This document shows, one piece after another, positions 22,497-33,830 of a DNA stretch of 64,000 bases (position 1 is the stretch's first letter; the number at the start of each line of letters is the position of its first letter). Origin of the DNA: Spirochaetia bacterium (GTDB taxonomy: Bacteria; Spirochaetota; Spirochaetia; SZUA-6; Bin103). The translations under genes and the position numbers were made by a program. Where the stretch lies: contig OZ241907.1 of assembly GCA_965203515.1 (NCBI GenBank), positions 1,600,001 to 1,664,000 on the forward strand, read 5' to 3'. The notes beneath the pieces were generated by a model, which made no database searches, was not told the origin of the DNA, and worked only from the letters and a program-made list of their open reading frames with translations.

Positions 22497-24020
22497 TCAC
22501 TCGCCGGCGGCCAGCGCCTCCTCCTCGGCCTTGAGCGTCTTGGCGGCGTCTTCCCGGCGGAGCTGGTCGACGCTCCGCACCGGCAGCCGCGCGGCCCCCT
22601 GCCAATCGCGGGTCGGCAGTCGCGGTGCCGAGCGCGCCCGCTCGCGGGCGGCGGCGATCGCCGCGCCGTACTGGGGCAGCCACTCGGCCTGCGCGATCAG
22701 CAGGTCGTCGACCATCTGCGCGATCTCCGGGGGCGTGCAGACGGCGCCGACCAGCGGGTCCATCATCATCGCCTGCACCAGCAACCGGTCGTCGCCGCCG
22801 ACCGCCGCCTCCACCGCCAGCCGTTGCACGGAGATGCTGGCGTTGCAGACGGCGGCGCAGCCGAGCGGCAGCTCGCCGACCAGCGGGATATGGAGGCCGG
22901 TGCGGTCGACGTAGCCCGGCGCCTCCACGCAGGCGTCGGCCGGCAGGTTGGCGATGCAGCCCCGGTTCTCCACGTTGAAGTGCCCGCGGTAGACGCGGCC
23001 GGTCTCCAGCCCCTCCAGGATGTAGGAGCCGTGCTCGGTGGAGCGGGTCTCCGGCGTATACCGCTCGGGCGGCTCGGCCATCCAGCGGGGGAAGTCCTCC
23101 TCGAACCAGTCGCGCCGCTCGGTGCTGAGACGCAGATAGCCGCCGGTCTCGCCATCGATCCAGGAGCCGAGGTCGATCCAGTCGCGGATCTCCTCCGGGC
23201 GCTTGCGGAACCAGGGCACGTACTCGCTCAGGTGACCGTTGGACTCGGTCGAGTAGCAGCCGAAGCGGCGCAGCATCTCGATCCGCACCTTCTCCGTGCG
23301 GCGGTAGACGGGATGGCGCTCGTACGCCTCCAGCAGCTCGCCCGAGACGTCGCGGCCCCGGTGCAGAAGCTGGACGTACCAAGTCTGATGGTTGATGCCG
23401 GCGGCGCGGTAGTCGAGCTCGCCGGCCGGAATCCCCAGCGCGTCGGCGATCTGCGCATGGCCGCCCTGCACGCCGTGGCACAGGCCGACCGTCGGCACGC
23501 GCCCGTAGCGGTTGGCCGCCCAGGTGAGCATCGCCATCGGGTTGGAGTAGTTGAAGAAGCGGCAGCCCGGCTCGGCGACCTCGCGGATATCCTTGCAGAG
23601 CGCCAGGATCACGGGGATGCCGCGCTGGCCGTACATGATGCCGCCGGCGCACAGGGTGTCGCCAACGCACTGGTCGATGCCGTAGCGCAGCGGCACCTCG
23701 ATGTCGGTCGCGAACGCCGGCAGCCCGCCGATGCGGGCCGTGCAGAAGACGTAGCGCGCCCCGCTCACCGCCTCCCGCCGGTCCAGGGTCGCGGCAAGGC
23801 GCACCCCGTCCCGTCCGTTCGCTTCGATGTCGCGCCGCACCAGCCGCTCCACCATCGACAGATTCCGCTCGCTGATGTCCATGCAGGCGATTTCGATGCC
23901 GCCGAACTCGGGAACGGTGAGGATGTCCCCGACCAACTTGCGCGTGAAGCCGATGCTGCCGGCGCCGATGAACGCCACCTTGAACGAGCGGGAGCCGGCG
24001 GGACCGTGAGCGGAGGCCAT
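22497..24020 (-). CDS. melA: GH4 alpha-galactosidase/alpha-glucosidase
   Basis: IGAGS, GDT, NYSNP, GLCHG, GINH, ESNGH. Confidence 0.9.
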   Translation of the reverse strand: MASAHGPAGSRSFKVAFIGAGSIGFTRKLVGDILTVPEFGGIEIACMDISERNLSMVERLVRRDIEANGRDGVRLAATLDRREAVSGARYVFCTARIGGLPAFATDIEVPLRYGIDQCVGDTLCAGGIMYGQRGIPVILALCKDIREVAEPGCRFFNYSNPMAMLTWAANRYGRVPTVGLCHGVQGGHAQIADALGIPAGELDYRAAGINHQTWYVQLLHRGRDVSGELLEAYERHPVYRRTEKVRIEMLRRFGCYSTESNGHLSEYVPWFRKRPEEIRDWIDLGSWIDGETGGYLRLSTERRDWFEEDFPRWMAEPPERYTPETRSTEHGSYILEGLETGRVYRGHFNVENRGCIANLPADACVEAPGYVDRTGLHIPLVGELPLGCAAVCNASISVQRLAVEAAVGGDDRLLVQAMMMDPLVGAVCTPPEIAQMVDDLLIAQAEWLPQYGAAIAAARERARSAPRLPTRDWQGAARLPVRSVDQLRREDAAKTLKAEEEALAAGE

Positions 24021-24130
24021 GGCGGTATCCTGGGCCGCTCGGCCCCGGTAGTAAAGCCTCGGTCGTAACGGCTCGGCCGTAACGGCCGGGGCGCCGGCGG
24101 CCGGCCGGGCCGCAGCGTTTCGGACCGGGC

Positions 24131-25069
24131 TCAGGCGAGAGGTTCGCCGCCCGCGCGCCGTATCTCCCGGTCTGACGGCATGGCGCTCTGCGCTCCCTCA
24201 CGCGTGACGCACAGGGCCGCCGCCACGACCGCGCGCCGCAGCGCGGCGCGGGGATCGCGGCCGGCTGCGATCCCGGCCGCGAATACGCCGGCGAAGCAGT
24301 CCCCGGCCCCCACCGTGTCGATCGCCCGCACCGGATGCGCGGCCTGGCGGTGCGCTCCGTGCGCGTCGGCCAGCACCGCGCCCTCCGCGCCGAGGGTCAC
24401 CAGCACCCGCGAACAGCCGAGCCCGGCTGCTGCGCGGCGCGCCGCCTCGGCAGCCGACTCCCCGGACCGCCGGGGAGTGAGCGCATCGAGCTCGCCCGCA
24501 TTGACGATCAGGTAGTCGACGCCCGCGATCGCCGCCCGCTCGGCCGCTCCGACCGCCGTCAGCGCGGGAGCGGCGTTCCACATCACCGCCGCGCCGCGTT
24601 CGCGCGCCAGCGCGGCCGCCGCCATCGTGACGCTCACGTCGATCTCGTTCTGCAGCAGCACGACGTCACCCGGCCCCAGGTCGGCGCGGAAGGCGTTGGC
24701 ATCGAGTCGAAAGGCGCCGTTGGCGCCGGGCGCCACGGCGATCTGGTTCTCGCCGCGGGCGTCGACGCAGATCAGCGCCACCCCCGACCGGTGGTCGGGC
24801 AGCGCCGCCACGTGATCGGTCACCACTCCGGCGGCGGTCAGGTCGGCGGTGCGCGCTCTGCCGTACGGGTCGTCGCCGACCGCGCCGTGCAACGCGCACG
24901 GCGCACCGGCGCGCGCCGCCGCGACCGCCTGATTCGCCCCCTTGCCGCCGGCGGTCTCCGCGAACCGGGCGCCGCCCACCGTCTCACCCGGCGCCGGCAG
25001 CCGCTCGACGTAGGCGACCAGGTCGGTATTGACGCTCCCGACCACGACGACCGAACCGGTCAGCGGCAC
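24131..25069 (-). CDS. rbsK: Ribokinase (PfkB family)
   Basis: GSVNTD, GGKGANQA, DTVGAGD. Confidence 0.88.
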   Translation of the reverse strand: MPLTGSVVVVGSVNTDLVAYVERLPAPGETVGGARFAETAGGKGANQAVAAARAGAPCALHGAVGDDPYGRARTADLTAAGVVTDHVAALPDHRSGVALICVDARGENQIAVAPGANGAFRLDANAFRADLGPGDVVLLQNEIDVSVTMAAAALARERGAAVMWNAAPALTAVGAAERAAIAGVDYLIVNAGELDALTPRRSGESAAEAARRAAAGLGCSRVLVTLGAEGAVLADAHGAHRQAAHPVRAIDTVGAGDCFAGVFAAGIAAGRDPRAALRRAVVAAALCVTREGAQSAMPSDREIRRAGGEPLA

Positions 25070-25098
25070 GGCGGCGAGTATAGTACGGCGGCGCGGCG

Positions 25099-26385
25099 AT
25101 GACGGCACGAAGCGGGCGGTTCTACTACGGATGGGTGATCGTCGCCGCGTTCTTCGTGCTCAATGCCGCCGGCCAGGCCAGCGGCACGCTCAACTTCGGC
25201 CTGTTCGTCATCCCGATGGCGGAGGAACTCGGCCTCTCCCGACAGGCGATCGGCTGGGCGCAGACCATGCGCCTGTGGGCGAGCGGCGCGAGCGGCGTCC
25301 TGATCGGCCGCTGGCTCGACCGCCGCGGGCCGCGCGGTCCGATGCTGCTGGCGATCGTAGTGGCGACCGCCGGGCTTCTGCTGATGGCCCGCGCGCAGTC
25401 GGCGGCGGTGCTGTTTGGCGTGTTGCTGGCGTTGGGCGTCACCGGCTGGACCGCGCCGGCGGGCGGCGCGCTGATCGCCACGGTGCCGGTCTCCAAGTGG
25501 TTCATCCGGCTGCGCGGCCGCGCCACGGGGATCGTGCAGCTCGGCCTGGGGATCGGCGGCGCGATCTTCGTGCCGGTGACCCAGGCGCTCATCAGCGACG
25601 GCGGCTGGCGATCGGCCTGGGTGACGCTGGCGTGGTTGACGGCCGCCACCCTGCCGCTGGTGCTGCTGCTCCGCCGCCAGCCGAGCGACCTGGGGCTCGA
25701 AGCTGACGGCGGCCCGCCGGCGCGGACCCGGAACGGCGGCGCGGCTCGATCCGCCGTTTCGGACGCGAACGATTCGCCGGAGTCCGGGCACCACTGGACC
25801 CTGAGCGAGGCGATGCGCACGGCCGGCACGTGGAAGCTGAGCGCCGCGTTCGCGATCCTGGGGTTCCTGCTGGGCGCGGCCAGCGTGCACCGCATTCCGC
25901 ACTGGATCGAGCTCGGCTTTCACCCGGCGACCGTGTCGCTGGCGTTCAGCCTGGATGCCGGCACGGCCACCGTCATGGCGCTGGCCGCGGGCTTCGCGGT
26001 GGAGCGCCTGGACGCCCGGATCGTGGGGTTCGTCTCATGCGCGTCGTTCAGCGCGTCGGTAGCGCTGATGGCAGCGGCGCCGGCCTGGACGCCGCTGCTG
26101 TTCGTCTCCACGCTGCTGTTTGGCTGCGGGGTCGGTCTCTACATGGTCGTCCAGGGCGTGATCTGGGCCCAGTACTACGGCTGGCGGTTCGTGGGCGCCA
26201 TCCGCGGCGTAGTGCTGCCGTTCATCTTCCTGGCCAGCGGCCTCGGCGCACCGATCGCCGGCGCCCTGCGCGACGCCTCCGGCGACTACCGCAGCTCGTG
26301 GCTGCTGGTGACCGCACTCGCGATCGCGGCGGCGGCGCTGCTGCTGACCACTCGGCCGCCGCGCGCTCCGCGCGCCCGGCCGTGA
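25099..26385 (+). CDS. MFS transporter
   Basis: About 12 TM segments, GRWLDRRGPR motif, FYYGW start. Confidence 0.9.
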   Translation: MTARSGRFYYGWVIVAAFFVLNAAGQASGTLNFGLFVIPMAEELGLSRQAIGWAQTMRLWASGASGVLIGRWLDRRGPRGPMLLAIVVATAGLLLMARAQSAAVLFGVLLALGVTGWTAPAGGALIATVPVSKWFIRLRGRATGIVQLGLGIGGAIFVPVTQALISDGGWRSAWVTLAWLTAATLPLVLLLRRQPSDLGLEADGGPPARTRNGGAARSAVSDANDSPESGHHWTLSEAMRTAGTWKLSAAFAILGFLLGAASVHRIPHWIELGFHPATVSLAFSLDAGTATVMALAAGFAVERLDARIVGFVSCASFSASVALMAAAPAWTPLLFVSTLLFGCGVGLYMVVQGVIWAQYYGWRFVGAIRGVVLPFIFLASGLGAPIAGALRDASGDYRSSWLLVTALAIAAAALLLTTRPPRAPRARP

Positions 26386-26419
26386 CCGGACCGACCCGGA
26401 TGGGGATGTTCGCCACAGC

Positions 26420-27699
26420 CTAATCCGCTGTCTGCGCCGGAATTCTCACCAGAAGCCGCTTGCCCGCCAGCGTCTGGCGCGCCCAGAACAGGTTGTGGTA
26501 TTGATCGTTGCCCTCCTCCGCCAGTATTGCCCTGGCGGTCGCGCCGCTGCCCCCTCCGCCCGTAATCGTAACGGCGGGCGGTGACGGGTAACCGCTCCCC
26601 CCGTTCGTGACCGTCACCGACGTGACCTGGGTTTGCAGCACCGCGCTGCCGGTTGCCGTCCGGGGAGAACCACCGCCCGTCGAGGTCTGAAAGGTCACGG
26701 TCGGGGCGGACGTGTAGCCGCTCCCGGGGTTCGTGATCGTCACTCCGGTTACTTTTCGGTGCGCCACCTCCATGCGGGCGGCCGCACCGCTGCCCCCTCC
26801 GCCCGAGAACGTAATGGCAGGGGGAGACGTGAGGCTGTAGCCGCTCCCCCGGTCCCCCATGTCATAGGCGTAAACTCGACCGTTCTGTATAAGGATCGTT
26901 ACGGTTGCCTGGGTGCCGCCTGAGCCGGCCGGCGGAGGGTCGATCGTCGCGGTTGGGGGAGAAGTGTAACCGCTCCCCAGGTTCGAGAAAATCGGTCTGA
27001 CTACTTCGACTGTCATCGTCGTCGTTCCGGTCGCCGTGGTGCCGCCGGACGGCGCCGCCCCGAACGTCACGGATGGGCAACACCCGGAGTAATAATAGCC
27101 GCGTTCCGACCCCATCTGCACTCGCGCCACGCCGCCGGGCCCCACCGCGGCGCCTGTTGCCGCGGTGCCGCCTGCCGGCGGCGCCGCGATCGTCACGGTG
27201 GGAACCGAGGTGTAGCCGCTCCCCCCGTTCGTGAGCCTCACCGACTCCACGAAGCCCAGGTTTTCGGTCTGATCCGGAGCGGTGAGCACCAGCGTCACCG
27301 CGCCCGCCCGAACCTCGGCGGCAACCGACCACTCCGCGCCGGAGATGTCGGACGCGAAGACCGGCTCCGTACTCGTGCTCGTGAACGGCAGATCGTGTCC
27401 GTCGATCGAAACGTTCACTTCGGCGCCGGCGGTGATCGGCTCCCAGGCATACGTGGAACGGTTGGACACTTCGCCCACCAGATTCAGTTCATCATTACCA
27501 AAGTCCGCCGCGCTGATCGTCCAGCTCCTCTCTGCCGGTTGCGGAGTTGGCGTCGGCTCACTCGGTGGCTGCCCCCCCCCCCCCCCCCCCCTTGGGCCGG
27601 GTCGGTGGTTGTGGCGGGCGTGCGCGCCGCCGGCGCGCACGCCATCAGGGAGGCGACAGCGACGGCCAGCAACAGCGACAACCTCAAGTCTCTACCCAC
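26420..27699 (-). CDS. GSGY-repeat lipoprotein paralog 1, frameshifted at a G20 tract (OFF as assembled)
   Basis: GGAGGAGG RBS + GTG 27699, lipobox LMAC, G20, then base domain and 6 repeats in another frame; clear paralog of 52638-54398. Confidence 0.8.
27572..27591 (-). repeat. G20 homopolymer in coding sequence
   Basis: 20 consecutive C on the + strand. Confidence 0.9.
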
Positions 27700-27917
27700 G
27701 ATCTCCTCCTCCCCGGTCGGCTCCGACGCCGAGCGGAGCCATGGTAGCACGCGATCCCAAGCTGACAACCCCGGCGGCGGTCAAGCGTTAAGGTCTGACG
27801 GCGCAACGGCAGCGCCGCATCGACATCCGGACCGCCCGGGCCGCTGGTGCCGAGCGGACTTCGGCGGCGAAGACGCAGGCGGACTCGTCGCGGCGCACTT
27901 CGGCAGCGAAGGCGGCA

Positions 27918-28706
27918 CTACGCGCCGGACGCCGGCGGATGCCGGAGCGCGCCGACGACGTAGTCCTTGGGGGAGAGCTCCTCGAACGGCTCCTTCTGGT
28001 TGGGCGCCTGGCCGATGCTCACCATCCGGTCGTTGCCGCCGAACGCGCACCAGCGCACGCCGTTGGCCAGCACGCGCAGCACCTGCGGATGGTGAAAGAT
28101 CGGATAGGTCTCGTGACCCGGCCGGAAGTAGAAGACGCGGCCCCGGCCGCGGTGCCACACCGCGCCGCTGCGGAACACCTCGCCTCCCTCGAACCAGCTC
28201 ACGAACAACAGCTCGTCCGGGTCGGGGATGTCGAAGAACTCGCCGTACATCTCCGCGTTGGGGATCTCGATGAAGCGCCCGCAGCCCTGCGTGATCGGGT
28301 GGTTCGGGCTCACCACCCACAGCCGCTCGCGCTCGGCCGCCTCGCGCCACGTCAGGCCGCAGCTCGTGCCCATCAGGCGCTTGAATATCTTCGAGAAGTG
28401 GCCGGAGTGGAGCACCACCAGCCCCATGCCGTGCAGGACGCGATCCTGCACGCGGTCGACGATGTCGTCGCGCACCTTGTCGTGGGCGGCGTGGCCCCAC
28501 CACATGAGCACGTCGGTGGCGTCGAGCACCTCCGCGGTCAGTCCGTGATCGGGCTGGTCGAGCGTGGCGGTGCGAACCTCCAGCCCTTCCTGCGCGCGCA
28601 GGTGACCGGCGATCTGCTCGTGAATGCCTTCGGGGTAGATGCCGCGGACGAACTCGTTGCTCCGTTCGTGGACGAACTCGTTCCAGACGGTGACGCGTAG
28701 GGGCAT
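27918..28706 (-). CDS. thuA: ThuA-family trehalose utilisation protein
   Basis: [28 protein letters not shown]. Confidence 0.9.
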   Translation of the reverse strand: MPLRVTVWNEFVHERSNEFVRGIYPEGIHEQIAGHLRAQEGLEVRTATLDQPDHGLTAEVLDATDVLMWWGHAAHDKVRDDIVDRVQDRVLHGMGLVVLHSGHFSKIFKRLMGTSCGLTWREAAERERLWVVSPNHPITQGCGRFIEIPNAEMYGEFFDIPDPDELLFVSWFEGGEVFRSGAVWHRGRGRVFYFRPGHETYPIFHHPQVLRVLANGVRWCAFGGNDRMVSIGQAPNQKEPFEELSPKDYVVGALRHPPASGA

Positions 28707-28782
28707 GACTCGGATTCCTCCTGGTACGGCTGCCCGCAGACCGGCGGCCATGCGGGGCAGAACCCGTGCCGACTCTACCCGA

Positions 28783-30279
28783 TCATCCGGCCGCCTGCCG
28801 TTCCCACTTGGGCGCCTCGTCCGGAGTCGGCGAGTTGGCGAAGGTGCCGCGGGCGATCACCGCCTCGCGGCCGCCGAAGTCCGCGACCTTGCGCCGCTGG
28901 TCGGCATGGGCGCGCGCGTCGGCCTGGTCCGGATCGACGATGGCGCGCAGGCGCCGCTCGAACCCGCGCACGGTCGCGGCGTGCTCGGGTCGCCCGGCCA
29001 GATCCTCGACCTCGCCCGGGTCGGCGGCCAAGTCGAAGAGCTGCGGCCTCATACCGACGTAGTGGACGTACTTGTAGCGCGCGTCGCGCAGCAGGTAGAC
29101 GGCGCGGCGAAAGCCGACCGCGTGGTGCTCGCCGAACACGGTGCGGTCGCGGTCGCCGGCTGCGGCCAGGGCGAGCAGGTCGTCGCCCGGCACCGGCGCG
29201 GCCGACTCGTCCGGGAGCGGGCAGCCGGTCGCGCGCAGCACCGTGGGAAAGCAGTCGACCAGGCTCACCGGGGTGGCGACGGTACGGCCGGCCGGCACGC
29301 CGGGGCCGGCCATGATCAGCGGCACGGCGGCCGACTCGTCGTACATGGTCAGCTTGCCGGCGAGGCCGCGCGCGCCCATCGACTCGCCGTGATCGGAGGT
29401 ATAGATGACGCGCGTGCGGTCGCGGAGCCGGCAGGCGTCGAGCGCGGCGAGCACGCGGCCGATCTGCTCGTCCAGATGGGTGCAGGCCGCCAGGTACGCC
29501 CGCCGGTAGATCGAAAGCCGCTCGGCGGAGAGCGGCTCGCTTAGGTTGAGCAGGTCGCGCAGCTCCGCCAGCGCGGGATGGTCGGGCCGGTCGGCCGGCC
29601 GCTCCTGCGGCATCGCCCGGATCGCGCCCGGGTCATAGCGTTCGAAGTGGCGCGGCGGACCGATATACGGCGGATGCGGGCAGACGAACCCCACGAACAG
29701 CGCCCACGGCCGCCGGTCGCCGGCGTGGGCGCGCAGCCATTCGACGGCGTGGTCGGCGTTGCGGACGTCGTAGGCCAAGTAGCTCGAATCCCCGCAGCCG
29801 GCCTCCAGGACGCCGGCGCGCACGTCGCGGGCGGGCGGGTCCGAGCGCAGGCAGCCGAGCAGGTCGCCCACCCCGTCGACCACGTGCAGCGGCTCGATCT
29901 CCTGCGCGAAGCCGTTGTCGTCGCCGCCCCGGAAGTGGAGCTTGCCGATCGAGTCGCAGATCAGGCCGTGCCGGCGCAGGTGGTGGCCCCAGCTCGGCAC
30001 GCGGCCGTCATACGGATGGGCGTTGTCCCAGTAGCCGACGTCGTGCACGTAGCGGCCGGTGGCGAGCGAGGCGCGCGCCGGTACGCACAGCGGGCAGTTG
30101 GTGTAGGCGGCGGAGAAGCGGGCGCCGCCGGCGGCCAGGCGGTCCAGGTTGGGCGTGATGCCGTCGCCGCCGTAGCAGCCGAGGCCGCGCCGGTTGTGCT
30201 GATCGGAGAGGATGAACAGCAGGTTGGCGGGCGGGAGGGAGTGGGATTCCGACACCGAGGATGACGCTGAGAAGGACAC
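28783..30279 (-). CDS. Sulfatase (choline-sulfatase-like)
   Basis: [27 protein letters not shown]; start uncertain. Confidence 0.9.
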   Translation of the reverse strand: MSFSASSSVSESHSLPPANLLFILSDQHNRRGLGCYGGDGITPNLDRLAAGGARFSAAYTNCPLCVPARASLATGRYVHDVGYWDNAHPYDGRVPSWGHHLRRHGLICDSIGKLHFRGGDDNGFAQEIEPLHVVDGVGDLLGCLRSDPPARDVRAGVLEAGCGDSSYLAYDVRNADHAVEWLRAHAGDRRPWALFVGFVCPHPPYIGPPRHFERYDPGAIRAMPQERPADRPDHPALAELRDLLNLSEPLSAERLSIYRRAYLAACTHLDEQIGRVLAALDACRLRDRTRVIYTSDHGESMGARGLAGKLTMYDESAAVPLIMAGPGVPAGRTVATPVSLVDCFPTVLRATGCPLPDESAAPVPGDDLLALAAAGDRDRTVFGEHHAVGFRRAVYLLRDARYKYVHYVGMRPQLFDLAADPGEVEDLAGRPEHAATVRGFERRLRAIVDPDQADARAHADQRRKVADFGGREAVIARGTFANSPTPDEAPKWERQAAG

Positions 30280-30316
30280 TGAGAAGATCGCGCTCAGCCG
30301 TTACTATACCGCCTCG

Positions 30317-32206
30317 ATGGCCTCCACGAACCGAACCGTGCAGATCCGCGGTGATCTGGCGCGGCGATACGACGACGTCTATACCGCCGCGGCGCTCGAC
30401 GCGATCACGGCGCTGGCGGAACTCAACGAACCACGCCTCGACCTGATGCGCCGGCGCATCGACCGCCGCGCCGAACGGGCGCGCGAGCGGCGCCGCATCG
30501 ACTTCCTCCCCCCGGACGCGACGATCGCCGGCACGGGGCTCACCGCGGCCGACGCCCGCGCCGGGCGGTTCACCGGCAGCGCGATTCCCGGCGACCTGCA
30601 GCGGCAGTGGATCCAGGGGACCGGGCCGGGCGCCAAGCCCGACGCGCCGTTGCCGCGCAGCATCCGCAACGTCGCCTACGCCCTGCTGTCCGGCGCCGAC
30701 GGCTGGATGTTCGACGGCGAGGACGCCCTGGGGCAGGTGACGACGATGTCGCTCGACAACCAGCGCAACCTCCGCCTGGGCATCGCGCGCGCGCCCCAGT
30801 TCCTGGCCGCCGCCGAGGGGGTCGCCGTGGAGATGAACGCCTGGGCGCGCGCCTTCCTGAAGCGGCCGATCATCGACGACTGGCGCGCGCAGCTCGACCG
30901 CACCACGACGATCTTCCGCGCGCGCGGCCTGCACCTCGACGACCGCCACGTGCGCATGGCGGACGGCGCCGGCCTGTCCGCCTCGATCGTCGACGCCGCC
31001 CTGTACGTGACGGCCAACCAGGCGGCGTTGCGCGCGCGCGGCGCCTCGGTCGTGCTCTACCTGCCCAAGATCCAGACCGCGGCGGAGGCGGCCTTCTGGC
31101 ACCGGCTGCTCGCCGCGCTGGAGGGCCATCTGGGGCTGGCGGCCGGCACGGTGAAGACCTACGTCCTGGTCGAGCAGCTCGAAGCCTCGTTTCAGCTCAT
31201 GGAGATCCGCGCCGCGCTCGGCGCCCGCTTCGTGGGCTTCAACACCGGCCGCTGGGACTACATCAACAGCGTCGCCGACGCGATGGCGTGGGACGACCGG
31301 TTCGTGAACCCCAACATCGACGCGATCACCATGACCTACGGCTACATGCACGCCTACGAGGACCGCGTGCGGCGCGCCGTGAACACCCCCGACGCGGCGG
31401 GCCGCTGCGCCCTCTGGCAAGGGGGCATGGAGCCGAACATCCCGGTCGGCTCGGCAGCCGGCGTCGCGGCGTCGATGGCCAAGGCGGTGGCCGGCGCGGA
31501 ACGGGAGCAGCAGGCGGGCGCCAGCGGCAAGTGGGTCGCCCACTGGAAGATGGTGCACGTCGTGCGACCGGTCTGGGAGCGTGTCGGGGAGGTCAATCAG
31601 CTCGGCCGGCGGTTCCCGCCGCTCACCCATTCCGCCGCGGACGCGGACCGGCTGCTGGAGCTGGAGCCGGCGCCGCGCACGATCCGCGGCGCGCGCGACC
31701 TGCTGAGCGTCGCCCTGCAGTACGGCAACGCCTTCGGCCAGGGCATGCAGGCGGCGGCGCTCAAGCCGGCCGATCACTTCGGCGATGACGACGTGCTGTA
31801 CCTGATGGAGGACATGGCCACCGGCGAGATCCGTTTGAGCATCCTGTGGGAGTGGCTGCACAAGGAGGCGGCGCTGACCGACGCCGACCCGGAACTGGGC
31901 GTCGCCGCCGGCGCGCGCTTCGACGCGGGGCTGTTCGCGCGGCTGCTGGACGAGGAGTACGCGAAGCTGCTGGTGGCGGCCGACCGCGACGTGCATGAGG
32001 ACTCGAAGACGACCACGCTGCCGATCGCGCGGGAGATCGCCGGCGTCTACGTCGCCAGTCCGGTCAAGGCGCCGTGGTACATCGACCTGCTCAACCTGAA
32101 CCTGAACAACCACGATCTCGACGAGGCGCGCAAGCGCATCCGGCGCTACGTCGAGGAGTTCTCGCGCGACGGCACCCGTATCACCGAGAACCTCGACTTC
32201 TCCTGA
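30317..32206 (+). CDS. Malate synthase
   Basis: WMFDGED, YLPK, NTGRWDYI, GKWVAH, MEDMATGEI. Confidence 0.9.
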   Translation: MASTNRTVQIRGDLARRYDDVYTAAALDAITALAELNEPRLDLMRRRIDRRAERARERRRIDFLPPDATIAGTGLTAADARAGRFTGSAIPGDLQRQWIQGTGPGAKPDAPLPRSIRNVAYALLSGADGWMFDGEDALGQVTTMSLDNQRNLRLGIARAPQFLAAAEGVAVEMNAWARAFLKRPIIDDWRAQLDRTTTIFRARGLHLDDRHVRMADGAGLSASIVDAALYVTANQAALRARGASVVLYLPKIQTAAEAAFWHRLLAALEGHLGLAAGTVKTYVLVEQLEASFQLMEIRAALGARFVGFNTGRWDYINSVADAMAWDDRFVNPNIDAITMTYGYMHAYEDRVRRAVNTPDAAGRCALWQGGMEPNIPVGSAAGVAASMAKAVAGAEREQQAGASGKWVAHWKMVHVVRPVWERVGEVNQLGRRFPPLTHSAADADRLLELEPAPRTIRGARDLLSVALQYGNAFGQGMQAAALKPADHFGDDDVLYLMEDMATGEIRLSILWEWLHKEAALTDADPELGVAAGARFDAGLFARLLDEEYAKLLVAADRDVHEDSKTTTLPIAREIAGVYVASPVKAPWYIDLLNLNLNNHDLDEARKRIRRYVEEFSRDGTRITENLDFS

Positions 32207-32265
32207 TCGGTCGCGGTCATGGGGCCGCGTGAAGCGCTGCGGACGCGCAGCCGGTATTAGTGTAG

Positions 32266-33012
32266 ATGGAACGTCACGATGACTTCGACGGCGTCACCGG
32301 CGCCGCCGGCCCGACCCTCACGATACGCGACCTGCCGGTGCAGGAACGGCCGCGGGAGCGGCTGCGTCTGGCCGGCGCCGGTCAGCTCTCCAACCCCGAG
32401 CTGCTCGCCATCCTGCTGCGCACCGGCGTCACGGGACAGAACGTCATGCAGCTCTCCGCGCGCATGCTTTCCGAATTCGACGGTCTGGCCGGCCTTGCCC
32501 GAGCGTCGTTCGCGGAGCTCTGCAGGCTGGACGGGGTGAGCCAGGCGAAGGCGTGCCAGGTGCTGGCGGCGCTGGAGATGGGCCGGCGCGCGGCCGGCCC
32601 CACGACCGCCGACCGGCCGGCGATCAGGGAGCCGGATGACGTCTATCATCTGCTCCGGCCGCAGATGGCGCATCTGGAACAGGAGCAGCTCCGCATCCTG
32701 CTGCTGAACACGAAGCATGAAGTGCTGCTCGTTCGCGAGCTCTACCGGGGGACGGTGTGCGCGGCGTCCGTCCGCGTCGCGGAGGTGCTGCGGCCCGCCA
32801 TCAGGGAGAACAGCCCCAACTTCATCATGGTCCACAATCATCCGTCCGGCGACCCTACCCCCAGCCCGGAAGACATCTCCGTCACCCGCCGCATCCGCAA
32901 GAGCGCGGAGCTGCTCGATATCGAGCTCCTGGACCACGTCGTGATCGGTACGCGCGGCTTCGTCAGCATGAAGCAGCGCGGGATGGGCTTCGACGGCGCC
33001 GGCACCTTGTGA
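32266..33012 (+). CDS. radC: RadC (JAB-domain) protein
   Basis: RPRERL, HNHPSGDPTPSPED, LLDHVVIG. Confidence 0.93.
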   Translation: MERHDDFDGVTGAAGPTLTIRDLPVQERPRERLRLAGAGQLSNPELLAILLRTGVTGQNVMQLSARMLSEFDGLAGLARASFAELCRLDGVSQAKACQVLAALEMGRRAAGPTTADRPAIREPDDVYHLLRPQMAHLEQEQLRILLLNTKHEVLLVRELYRGTVCAASVRVAEVLRPAIRENSPNFIMVHNHPSGDPTPSPEDISVTRRIRKSAELLDIELLDHVVIGTRGFVSMKQRGMGFDGAGTL

Positions 33013-33524
33013 CGCCGCTGCTGCGGGGGCTGGTGCCGATCCTGCCCGGCGGCCCGCTGCTCGCTCTGGTGCTCGGTTCCTTTCCGAGCGCCGCCTCCCT
33101 GGCGTCAGGGCAGTACTACGCGCACCCGCAGAACCGGTTCTGGCGGGTGCTGGCGCACTGCGGCGTGGTCGACGACCCGGATGCCCCGTACGCGAAGCGG
33201 GTCGCCGCGGTGCGTTGCGGCGGCCTGGCGATCTGGGACCTGTACGCGCGCGTGCGGCGGCAGGGCTCCGGCGACGACCGCATCCGGGATGCGGAGCCCA
33301 ACGCGCTGGGACCGCTGCTGGCCGGGCGGGGTCCGTTCCCGATCCTGCTCAACGGCCGCCGCTCGCGGGAATGGCGGCGGCACTTCGGCGCTCTGCATGC
33401 CGAAGTGACCGAGCTGCCGTCGACCAGCCCCCGGCCGCTCCACTGGAACACGCCGGCATCGCGTCGGGCGGCCCTTGGCGAATGGTGCGCCGCGCTTCGA
33501 TCGGCCGGGATCCCGAGCCGTTAG
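33009..33524 (+). CDS. UDG-superfamily DNA glycosylase (deoxyinosine glycosylase-like)
   Basis: LGSFPS, YYAHPQNRFW, LPSTSP. Confidence 0.85.
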   Translation: MTPLLRGLVPILPGGPLLALVLGSFPSAASLASGQYYAHPQNRFWRVLAHCGVVDDPDAPYAKRVAAVRCGGLAIWDLYARVRRQGSGDDRIRDAEPNALGPLLAGRGPFPILLNGRRSREWRRHFGALHAEVTELPSTSPRPLHWNTPASRRAALGEWCAALRSAGIPSR

Positions 33525-33548
33525 CCCGACCGATCTCCGGGCGTGTCG

Positions 33549-33830
33549 TCAGGTTCCGTCTCCCTCTGCCGCCGCCTCGCCGTTGGGTTGGCTCTTGATC
33601 TGCCGGTACTCCTGCTCGCCGATCCCGATCGCCCGCTCGATCACCGACCAGTCGACGCCAGTCCGCAGGAGACCGTCGATCGTCTCCAACCGCCCCTCGC
33701 GCTGACCTTCCAGCCGGCCTTCGCTCCGGCCCTCGCGGTGCCGCTGTTCGGCAATTGCGCGCATCTCGTTACGCATCTGGTCGCGCATCTGGTCGCGCCC
33801 TTCCTGGCGCAGCCGCTCGCCGCTCGTCAT
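33549..33830 (-). CDS. Orphan Rpn C-terminal small protein (RpnS-like); nuclease part absent
   Basis: AGGAGGGGAG RBS before MTSGERLRQEG, EGR coil and HTH-like tail; short in-frame Rpn remnant (YILET..) upstream. Confidence 0.65.
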   Translation of the reverse strand: MTSGERLRQEGRDQMRDQMRNEMRAIAEQRHREGRSEGRLEGQREGRLETIDGLLRTGVDWSVIERAIGIGEQEYRQIKSQPNGEAAAEGDGT

